Of a DNA stretch of 64,000 nucleotides, positions 37,833 through 48,116 are shown one piece after another; the stretch's first letter is position 1, and each line of letters opens with the position of its first letter. The stretch lies in NCBI RefSeq assembly GCF_006345805.1, contig NC_043015.1:42966001-43030000 (forward strand). The letters run 5' to 3'. The position numbers and the translations under genes were made by a program. The DNA comes from Octopus sinensis (lineage: Eukaryota). Under the pieces are notes generated by a model. The model did no database searches. It was not told the origin of the DNA and was given only the letters and a program-made list of their open reading frames with translations.

Positions 37833-38210
37833 TAGTAAAGATTGTTCGACAACATAACATGGCAGTTCTGGTTTAGGACGAATGATCCTGTAATTTGGCC
37901 CCAGGAGACAATATCTCCAGCTGGCTATACGACACGATCTATGTCTATATTTTCGAACAAGGGGATCTAGCACCCCAACTCAGTTCAAAATAATATCTGT
38001 GTATTGCGATTTCAAGGTTATTTCCCTTCATCAGCACAGAATAACCGTTCGGTTAGAGGTGGCGCTACTAAATTCCCATTCGAAATATATAGTTTTCAAA
38101 GCGACAACTAGTTACTGATCTATAAATTAGAAAATTACTTTTTGTAAATCTCATAACGAGAGATATTCAGCAACAGTTCTTTGGGAGTAAAGATTATTTG
38201 CCAACATAAC
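37833..38210 (-). mobile_element. Hammerhead-containing non-autonomous retroelement (non-LTR retrozyme-like or Penelope pLTR-derived)
   Basis: Flanked by a perfect 10-bp duplication ATTGACTCCA (37823-37832, 38211-38220). It interrupts a SINE whose sequence resumes after it. Terminal direct repeat AGTAAAGATT..CAACATAACAT at 37834-37860 and 38186-38212 (3 mismatches in 27). Carries the hammerhead. Confidence 0.7.
37996..38040 (-). ncRNA. Type I hammerhead ribozyme motif (complete core, short near-palindromic stem III)
   Basis: Minus strand reads UCUGUG-CUGAUGA-AGGG-AAAUAA-CCUU-GAAA-U-CGCA-A-U-A-CACAGA. This gives a 6-bp perfect stem I, an exact CUGANGA/GAAA core, a 4-bp stem II (A-U, G.U, G-C, G-C), a 2-bp stem III and an AUA cleavage triplet. 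Predicted cut between 38002 and 38001. Confidence 0.8.
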
Positions 38211-39353
38211 ATTGACTCCAGTATGTTTTTTTTTGTATTGTTAAGCTTGGTATTTATTCTACCAGTCTATCAGGGACATAAACAAACAAACACTGGTTGT
38301 CACAAACACAGTGGACAGGGACAAAACAGACACACAGACATATATACGATGGATGTCTTTCAGCTTCCTTCTATTCATTCTTTCTCTTAAGCCTGGTACA
38401 TACACACACACACGCACAAATATTCTACTTTTCATTAATGCATGCTGCACACATACATATGCACACAAAGATGCGTCACTGCATGCTAATTCAGACAAGT
38501 CATGGTTCACAAAATGCATCTAAAACTGCACACCAAGCAAGCATATTTGCATAATAAAAAGAACATCTTCACACATTTCATACAATGATACATGTTGCAT
38601 GTCAGTGCACACTGCTGCTTAAATAATGCACACTGCACAATTGAGACTCCCCCGCTGCATGTTAAGCCAACTAGATGTAGAGTTATAGTAGACAATGCGT
38701 AATGCATGTATGTTGCACATCAAATGTGCAGTGCTTGCTGCACCACCGCAAATGCACATGGATGCCATGTAGACACGAGTGCATCTAGTGTATGCACCAC
38801 CAGAGCATTCTGGGATGCACAACGATGCAACTGACGCGCACAAATGCACAGACATATGCAAATGTCGGAGCAGACAGAGAGAGGACAAAAAGAGAATAAA
38901 TAGAGCAAATGTATGGAAATAAAGGATTTACCATTCTGCGGGGGTGGGCACGTGGGGGTGGGAGTGGGTGGCAGGTGGGGGAGGAGGGCTTGTATAAATA
39001 TTCATAGAAAGGAGATTGAGGAATATAAACACCATTGCTGCCACCACCCCCACCACCACCACTAGTGCAGTAGCAGCTAAAAAAAAATTCTGCACAACAG
39101 TAAGAGATACATGCAGGCATATACAGACATGCACACGCACACATATACACACACATGCATATATGTGTGCATATGTATATATATATATATATACATACAT
39201 ACACACATACATATATATATATGGGCACATATACATACACATAAACACATACATAGATTCTTAAACATATCTAATCACACACACACATATATATATACAC
39301 ATATATATATACACACATACACATATATATATATACACACATATATATATACA

Positions 39354-39401
<48 letters not shown>

Positions 39402-40313
39402 CACACACACACATATATATACATGTACATATTCTATACCACACACACACACACACACACACAGAGGAAGAGAAAGAAGGAGAAAGACAGTGTGGAAAAA
39501 AGAGAGAGTGTGTGTGTGTAGGTGTATATGTAAATGTGTATATGTGAATGTGTGTGTGAGAGAGAGGGAGAGAGAGAAAGAAAGAAGAAAAGGACTAAGC
39601 TTTCTGAGCAGCAAATCTTGTTTAAATGAATGATTGAGATTATTGATTATGGCAAAAACTAAATCATTTTATTTGTCCTGCTGTTAGCAGCAGCAGCAGC
39701 CGGCGCCAGTGCTGGGGTTGTTTCTCACAGGCTCTTAGCTGACTTGCCTCATCTACTTTCACTTTTGACTTCCACCATCATCACCATAATTATTATTATT
39801 GTTCTTGTTTTAAAGGAAATAAAGGAAGTGTAAATTCCGAGTAGAAATCCTTGTTGTCAGCAGCATCAGTGGGGGTGGCAGTGGTGATAGTACATTGCGT
39901 AGGAGTCTATTACAACCCCAGGCTGCCCAAAGCCTCGTCAATGGATTTATGAAATAAATCCTTTTAGTCAAAGAGCATAGGCTTAAGATGTCAAAGACTT
40001 TTTCCTGAGTGATTAACTGATACACCTGCTTGCTGTTCCTTCACCTGTTTTCACCTTTTGCTTTCTGTAAATTTGAACTATATATATATATCATCATCAT
40101 CATCATTTAACGTCTGTTTTCCATGCTAGCATGGGTTGGACGGTCCGACCGGGGTCTGGTAAGCCATGGAGGCTGCACTAGGCTCTAGTCTGATTTTACT
40201 ATATATATTGGTAAAAATGGTAAGATAACAAAAGAAAGAAAGAGACCTCGATATTATGTAAATAGAGGAAATTTATCTGTAAATGTAATATGTGACAATT
40301 ATTCGGTAGCCAA

Positions 40314-40374
40314 GATAAAACTCTGAGTTTCTGATGCCGAGGTGGAAATCCACACCACCATCTCTTCAGTTATC
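40314..40374 (-). ncRNA. Variant type I hammerhead motif (Penelope-type, palindromic stem III)
   Basis: GAUAA-CUGAAGA-GAUG...CAUC-A-GAAA-CUCAGAG-U-U-UUAUC: 5-bp stem I, ACUCAGAGU near-palindrome, one extra nucleotide before GAAA. Confidence 0.55.
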
Positions 40375-40393
40375 CGGCCATGTCAGTTTTTCC

Positions 40394-40454
40394 GATGACT
40401 GAAGAAATGGTGACGTGAATTTCCACCTCTGCATCTGAAACTCAGAGTTTTATC
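40394..40454 (+). ncRNA. Variant type I hammerhead motif, inverted partner of 40314-40374
   Basis: GAUGA-CUGAAGA-AAUG...CAUC-U-GAAA-CUCAGAG-U-U-UUAUC. Confidence 0.5.
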
Positions 40455-40499
40455 TTGGCTACCGAATAATTGTCACATATTACATTTACAGAGATATAT

Positions 40500-40590
<91 letters not shown>

Positions 40591-41116
40591 GTGTGTCAAG
40601 TGCATCCAGCTGTAGAAACAAGGGCAAAACAAACAATTGGAGCTTGGTGTGGCTCTCCAGCCTTGCCAGCTCCTGTCAAACCGTCCAACACATGCCAGCA
40701 TGGAAAAAGGATGTTAAATGATGATGATGGAGATAATGGGATGTTCACTTCTTAACCATAAGCCATATCTCTTTTACTATAACCCTGCATTTGCCAAAGC
40801 CTTTTGAGGAAATTTGGTCAATGGAAACTCAAAGAATCCTATCGTCTCACTTTTTTTGTCTGTGTGTATACTTCAATCTAGCAGATCTGATTTCATTTTG
40901 GAAGCGATATCCAGTAAGAGACTCTGAGGAACTGTAACAACAGCAAAATACATATCTGTGGCTCTCAGTCACTTCTGGGGTGATCTTTCTTTGCTTAGCT
41001 CTTAAAGTATATTGTTTTTTCTTAACACAATACATCTTTAAGTCCATTTAAAGTTCCCTTACACAAAGAACATTCACCTGTGAAACAAACAACTGAAATA
41101 TGTATGTATGTATATC

Positions 41117-41436
41117 ATCATCATCATCATCGTTTAACGTCCGTTCTCCATGCTAGCATGGGTTGGACGGTTTGACCGGGGATCTGGGAAGCCAGAAGGC
41201 TGCACCAGGCTCCGGTCTTATCTGGCAATGTTTCTACAGCTGGATGCCCTTCCTAACGCCAACCACTCCGTGAGTGTAGTGGGTGCTTTTTACGTGCCAC
41301 CTGTACTGGTGCCAGGCAAGGCTGGCATCGGCCACGTTCGGATTGGTGCATTTTACGTGCCACCTGCACGGAAGCCAGTCGAGGCGGCACTGGCTTCGGC
41401 TACGATTCGGATGGTGCTTATTACGTGCCACCGACA
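41117..41436 (-). mobile_element. Family-B RTE 3' end (3 modules); other copies at about 17155-17460, 36765-37085, 42760-43400, 52980-53440, 56420-56621
   Basis: (CAT)n followed by TTAACGTCCGTTCTCCATGCTAGCATGGGTTGGACGG... Confidence 0.8.
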
Positions 41437-41542
41437 CGTATATATATATATATAAAGTTAATCCAAACATGAAAACACAACGCGAGGACTTGGAACAAGT
41501 ATAGTGTTATTGGACACTCAAGAAAGGAAAGAAAAAAGGATG

Positions 41543-41577
41543 ATTTAACGTTTCGAGCGGAGCTCTTTGTCAGAAAC
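41543..41577 (-). ncRNA. Degenerate minimal hammerhead motif (G8A), same family as 55855
   Basis: GUUU-CUGACAA-A-GAGC-UCC-GCUC-GAAA-CG-U-U-AAAU. Palindromic AACGUU stem III. G8 lost, consistent with CpG decay. Confidence 0.45.
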
Positions 41578-43453
41578 ATAGGAAGAGGAAAGATCCAAGG
41601 AAGGGAAGACAGACTAGTTACCCCACTAGCTTACATCTTACCTCCCTTTACCTTGCAGTTACCTGCTCCTTAATGATACTCTCTCCTCACTCAACAGCTA
41701 ATCTCTAATTACTTATTACATAAATAAGCAACAATCAGGAAAAAGAATTTTGTTTTTTTTTTAAAAAAAAGGTAAAAAAACTTGCTTTTAAACTTCAATT
41801 CCATGCTTCATACCGCTGAAACCATTCCAAAATGTTTGGAAAATTAATAAGAATGAACATAGTGTTATAGTACTCTTCTGTTAGTTCCTGTCTATGATGA
41901 AGCTTGGCACGGTCTTCTGGCTTGCCAGCCTCTCCTCGTCAAACTATATATTTGACAGAAACTTTTATTTTCCTCATTTCTTTTTTGTTTTTTTTTTGTT
42001 TTTTTTTTTGTTTTTATTTTTGCGTTCTTTCTTTCTCTTCTTTCTTGCTAGTTCCCCAATTCCGCCCCCCCCCTACAACCATGAGCATTACCTGTAAAAG
42101 GAAAACCAGTTGGAAGCCATTCAGATAGTTTTTTTCTCATGTTAACCTATTCAATTCCAATAAATAACTTTTTCCGCCCACTGTTGTATTGATGGTCAGC
42201 AAGGGAATGCAAGGACAAGTGCTGGTAGTGGTGGCGGTGGTGGCAGAGGCGTGGGGGTGGGGGTTTTTGGACGGGAACCACAAAAGCAGCAGACGAAAGT
42301 TTAGTCTTTCAGATTAATTCATTCAATTAAGTCTAATTGTTGTTGTCGTTGTTATTTAGGTGTTGAGCTGGCAGAATCATTATAGCATCAAAAAAAAACA
42401 AAAAAAAAAAAAACAAATAACGGGAAAAAAAAACAAATAACAGTAGTGGCTGTGTGGGAAGTAGCTTACTTACCAACCCTGTAACTTAGTGATTCGGCAA
42501 AAGAGACCGATAGAAAAAGTACTAGGCTTACAAAGAATAAGTCCTGGGGTCGATTTGCTCGACTAAAGGTGGTGCTCCAGCATGACCACAGTCAAATGAC
42601 TGAAACAAGTAAAATAAGTACTAGGCTTACAAAGAATAAGTCCTGGGGTCGATTTGCTCAACTAAAGGTGACTGTGGCCATGCTGGAGCACCGCCTTTAG
42701 TCGGGCAAATCAATCCCAGGAGCCTAGTACTTATTCTATCGGTCTCTTTTGTGTTTACATGCCACCAGTGTCTACGACAACTGTGATTTCGCTCAGTTTG
42801 ATGGGTCTTCTTCTCAAGCACGACATAATACCAAAGGTTTTGGTCATTGCCTCCATGAGGCCCAACACATTATATATATAGATATCATCATCATCGTTTA
42901 ACGTTCGTTTCCATGCTGACATGGGTTGGATGGTTTGACTGAGGAATGGTGAGCCAGATGGCTGCACCAGGCTCCAATCTGATCTGGCAGAGTTTCTACA
43001 GCTGGATGCCCTTCCTAATGTCAACGACTCCGAGAGTGTAGTGGGTGTTTTTACGTGCCGCCAGCACGAGGGCTGTCAGGGGGTACTGGCAACGACCACG
43101 CTCAAATGGTGTTTTTACGTGTCACCTGCACAGGAGCCAGTCTAGCGGTACTGGCAAAACCCTCGCTTGAATGTTGTTTTTCAGGTACCACCGTCACAAG
43201 TGCTAGTAAGGCGACGATGGTAACGATCAAAGTCGAATGGTGCTTTTTACATGCTACCAGCACAGGGGGCCAGTCAGCGGCCGTGGCAACCATCATGCTT
43301 GGATGGTGCTCTTAGCACTCCACTAGCATGGATGCCAGTCATGTGGTGCTGTCATTGAATTTGATTTCGATTTCACTTGCCTCAACAGGTATTTGTAAGT
43401 ATGCATATATATAAAACACATGCATATATGTAAGTATGTGTATATATATATAT

Positions 43454-43754
43454 CACCGTGACTGACCAGGCTATCAGATGTTGTTACACATCGCTGGTCA
43501 CAATGCACTTTGCATTGTTTTAGCCTTCAAACGACGCCACCCTGCTGGCTAAGCGAGCAGGCCAACAGAAGAAAGAGTGCGAAAAAGTTGCGGCGAAAGA
43601 GTACAGCAGGGATCGCCACCATACCCTGCCGGGGCCTCGTGTAGCTTTAGGTGTTTTCGCTCAATAAACACTCACAACGCCCGGTCTGGGAATCGAAACC
43701 GTGATCCTACAACCACGAGTCCGCTGCCCTAACCACTGGGCCATTGCGCCTCCA
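43454..43754 (-). mobile_element. SINE related to family D (same head type, different 3' part)
   Basis: tRNA-like head GGAGGCGCAATGGCCCAGTGGTTAGG..GGTTTCGATTCC on the minus strand. Confidence 0.75.
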
Positions 43755-44109
43755 TACATATATAAACACCTGCACATATGTTCATATGTTGCACATAATA
43801 AGAAAGTGAGCAGCTATGGAATGAATAATAAGCGCCTATCATAAGAGAATAAATAAAATCCAATGCATGTATTGAGTACATTTATCTTCTGTTTGTACAT
43901 CCCAACATATAACAGCTTTCTGTCTCTGTCTCCCTTTTTTTGCACACGCAAACATATTGAAAATTTTATGCTCTGTGCCCATCTCCTAGGAGAAGGCAAA
44001 GGGAATTCATCCTTATGCTATGTATGTGTATGAATGTGTGCATGTTGTGTGTGTGTATATATATACATACACATATATATATATATAAATATCCAAACAC
44101 GTGTATGTG

Positions 44110-44144
<35 letters not shown>

Positions 44145-44163
44145 TCCAAACACGTCTGTGTTA

Positions 44164-44204
<41 letters not shown>

Positions 44205-44224
44205 TCCAAACACGTCTGTGTTAG

Positions 44225-44279
<55 letters not shown>

Positions 44280-44635
44280 TTATTTATCTAACTATTGCCA
44301 AATGTATTGATGAGCTCCTAAAAATTACTGGACTTAAAGCACCAAGAAGCAATCTCTGCCATGAAGCAGCAAAGAGTTTGGGTAGGTCCATGGGGTGTAA
44401 GGAGTCTTAGACTCCTTAAGCACACCCTCTTTCCACTCCCTCTCTCTCTCTCTCTCTTCCTCCCTCCAGAAATAAAGGACCTGTTCAGGCATGCAACACA
44501 GCTGGTAATGGAGGCTGCGGTGGTGGTGGTGGTGGTGGTGGTGGTAGTAGCAATAGTGGTTCCACTATGGCTCCACTGCAAAATATCCGTGGAGCAGAAG
44601 GTGGGTGCTGCATCAAGAAGAAGGTGGCAGGGCAG

Positions 44636-44669
<34 letters not shown>

Positions 44670-45633
44670 CATGTGCCTCATTGTTCACTCCTACAGAATA
44701 ATACAATTCCTCAGAAGAACTAGATTTCCATTCCACCATTGTTATGAAGTTACTTCTGCAAGATTTTTCTATTGTTATATTGTGATAATTCCTGAGAGGG
44801 AGAGGGAGAGGGGGGGTGGGGTGGGGGAGACAAAAAAATAAAGAACAAAAATCCCCTCCATCTCAAAAAAAAAAAACCAAACAAATCCTAACAATAATCT
44901 ATCAATATAAACAACTGACTACACACCACAACTACCACCACCATTACCATCAAGACCACTGGTACCATTATACCACTGCCACCATCATCATCATCACAAA
45001 CCACTACAAGTAGTACATCACTACCATGGTCACAGCATCACCACCGCCGCCACCACTACATTCAATAGCACTATTGAAGATCACTACAGCCAACAAGCCA
45101 ACAAGGAACCTTCTATGAGTTTGGCTGACCAGCTAGAAGTAGCAGCCAATCAATCCTCTTCCTCAACGAGTAGCATACAGTTATCAGAAAAAAAAAAAAA
45201 AAAGAAGAGGATTGGATACTGGATACTGCAGAAGAGGACAGGATGTGGATTCTGCAGAAGAGGACAGGATGTGGATTCTGCAGAAGAGGATTCAATCTTG
45301 GATACTATTCAACCTAAGAACATGGATGGTCACATTTGGAATGCTCATGATTACAAGTCTCGTAAAATAGCTATGAAGGTAGCGAATTAGCAGTTATCAG
45401 AGTACTGAAACAAAATGCCTTAACTCTCTAGGTTCTGGATTCAAACCTCACGGAGGCCAACTTAACATGTCTTCTTTTAGGGGGTCATTAAAAACCATAC
45501 TGATCCAAAATGGTGGATTGGCAGGAATGCTAGACGTTCAGGTAAGATGCCTTGTGGTAATGAATCTGGCTTTTTGTTTGGGACTGCAATGGCTGCAATG
45601 AAGGACAGAAATGCCAAGCCATATCTGCTCATG

Positions 45634-45852
45634 CTCTTTTACTTGTTTCAGTCATGTGACTGTGGCCATGCTGGGGCACCACCTTTAGTCGAGCAAATCG
45701 ACCCCAGGACTTATTCTTCGTAAGCCTAGCACTTATTCTATTGGTCTCTTTTGCCGAACCGCTAAGTTACAGGGACATAAACACATCAGCATCGGTTGTC
45801 AAGCAATGTTGGGGGGACAAACACAGATACACAAACATATACACACATAAAC

Positions 45853-45887
<35 letters not shown>

Positions 45888-45898
45888 CATATATATAC

Positions 45899-45929
<31 letters not shown>

Positions 45930-46095
45930 CATATATATATGACAGGCTTCTTTCAGTTTCCATCTAGCATTCCACTCGCAAGGCTTTGGTCGACCTGAGG
46001 GCTATAGTAGAAGACACTTGCCCAAGGTACCAGTGGGACTGAACCCAAAACCATGTTGTTCGTAAGGAAGCTACTTACCACACAGCCACTCCTAT
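45634..46095 (-). mobile_element. SINE family A full length (reverse)
   Basis: Reverse complement of family A. Confidence 0.88.
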
Positions 46096-46770
46096 TGCCT
46101 ATATTCCTCAATGCCAATATTCCTCAAAAAAAAAAAATCTTGCCTAGTCCCAGCGGTGGTGCCCCAGCATGGCCGCGGCCTTCGGGCTAAAACATTTTTT
46201 TTTTTAAGGATTTAAGTCCTGACTGAGCATTACATGTGCAGAGACATGATAGGTTTTGATCAACAGAGGTCTGGCAAAACCGGGTTCGACCTGAGGCTAA
46301 ACAACAACTGTAATATAGATATCTTGCTATGCATTGCTACAAACATCCAACCAACATCCAAACATCACCAGTGGTAGTAGTAGTAGTAGTAGTAGTATCA
46401 CCTGTGCAGGCACCTGTACTATTATGTTCACAACAATCCAGAGTATCACAGGCAAATTACTGCTGCCACTACTACCATCACCCTCCACATCACCATCACT
46501 GCTATCATCATCATCAACAACACAATCAGTACTGCCATCCGTATAAATAAGTACAGAATGTGAGTTAGTACATACATACACAAGCCAGCCAGCCAGCCAG
46601 CCAATAGCTAGAGGTTAATATCAATTATGAGTTTAGCTCCATGTGAGTGCGAGTGAGAGAGAGAGAGAGAGGAAGAGAGGGAGAGTGTGGATAAACAAAG
46701 ATGAAAAATACCTAACAAAAATCTACTTAATCTCACCTTAGCTTCTTTCAAATTTACAACGACCATTTAA

Positions 46771-47386
46771 CCCTTTCGTTACCGTATTTCTACCAAGATG
46801 GTATTTCTACCGCAGGAGTGGCTGTGTGGTAAGTAGCTTGTTTACCAGCCACATGGTTCCGGGTTCAGTCCCACTGCATGGCACCTTGGGCAAGTGTCTT
46901 CTACCATAGCCTCGGGCCGACCAAAGCCTTGTGAGTGGATTTGGTAGATGGAAACTGAAAGAAGCCCGTCGTATATATGCGTATGTGTGTTTGTGTGTCT
47001 GTGTTTGTCCCCCTAGCATTGCTTGACAACTGATGCTGGTGTGTTTATGTCCCCGTTACTTAGCGGTTCGGCAAAAGAGACCGATAGAATAAGTACTGGG
47101 CTTACAAAAGAATAAGTCCCGGGGTCGAGTTGCTCGATTAAAGGCGGTGCTCCAGCATGGCCGCAGTCAAATGACTGAAACAAGGAAAAGAAAAGATGTT
47201 TTGTGTTTCAATTAATTTTAAATGTACCAAACAATTTAGTAAAATAACTTGGTTATCATTCAGCTAGTGTTAGGAACATAAATTGTGACTAAGGTCTGGT
47301 GGAAGATTTTAATTCAGAACTTTTGAAAACAAGACATTTGTACTACAGAACCAGAGATGGTTTCAGCCCGGTTGGTATCGAAAGGG
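46771..47386. mobile_element. piggyBac-type MITE with nested SINE
   Basis: TTAA|CCCTTTCGTTACC ... GGTATCGAAAGGG|TTAA (12/13 TIR match). Confidence 0.85.
46812..47192 (+). mobile_element. SINE family A inserted in a piggyBac-type MITE
   Basis: TSD AAGATG (46795-46800 / 47193-47198). Confidence 0.88.
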
Positions 47387-47726
47387 TTAAAATGAAGCGT
47401 GAGACACATGGCTTAGTGGTTAGGGTGTAAGGCTCATGATTGTGGGTTCGATTCCTGGACAGGCAATGTTGTCGTGTTCTTGAGCAAAAGACTTCACTTT
47501 ATGTTGCTCCAGTCCACTCGGCTGATAAAAAAGAATAACCCTGAAACAGCCCAGCGTTGTCTAGGAAGGAAAATAAGGACACCAAAGAAACCAGGAAGCT
47601 AGCGCTATGGTCTTTGCAGAGTTAATAAAAAGATTTCCTTAAGTCATGAATGACCATGGGATTGAACCTAGAAAGTTCCCCTCCAAGGAGCAAGCCTGGA
47701 CAAGGTGTATTTTATGGAAGGCCAAC

Positions 47727-48116
47727 AGGCGTAGGAGTGGCTGTGTGGTAAGTAGCTTGCTTACGAACCACATGGTTCCGGGTTCAGTCCCACTGTGTGG
47801 CACCTTGGCCAAGTGTCTTCTACTATAGCCTCGGGCCGACCAAAGCCTTGTGAGTGGATTTGGTAGCCCGTCGTATATATGTATATATATGTATGTGTGT
47901 GTGTGCGTATTTTGTGTGTATGCGTTTGTCCCCCCAACATTGCTTGACAACCGATGCTGGTGTGTTTACGTCCCCGTAACTTAGCGGTTCGGCAAAAATG
48001 AGACCGATAAAATAAGTACTAGGCTTACAAAGAATAAGTCCCGGGGTCGATTTGATCAACTAAAGGCGGTGCTCCAGCATGGCCACAGTCACATGACTGA
48101 AACAAGTAAAAGAGTA
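47727..48116 (+). mobile_element. SINE family A (short internal deletion)
   Basis: Same family sequence. Confidence 0.85.

Larger units (their letters stand above)
40210..40492. mobile_element. Penelope-like element terminal fragment with inverted duplication (fold-back)
   Basis: Inverted arms of about 99 bp (40276-40374 / 40394-40492), with the outer 56 bp perfectly complementary. Embedded in (TA)n. Each arm carries a hammerhead-like core. Confidence 0.55.

Noticed and set aside
45115-45390. 91-aa ORF with acidic DSAEED motif
   Set aside because: Built on a 26-bp tandem repeat (45226-45289, not a multiple of 3) and a poly-A run.
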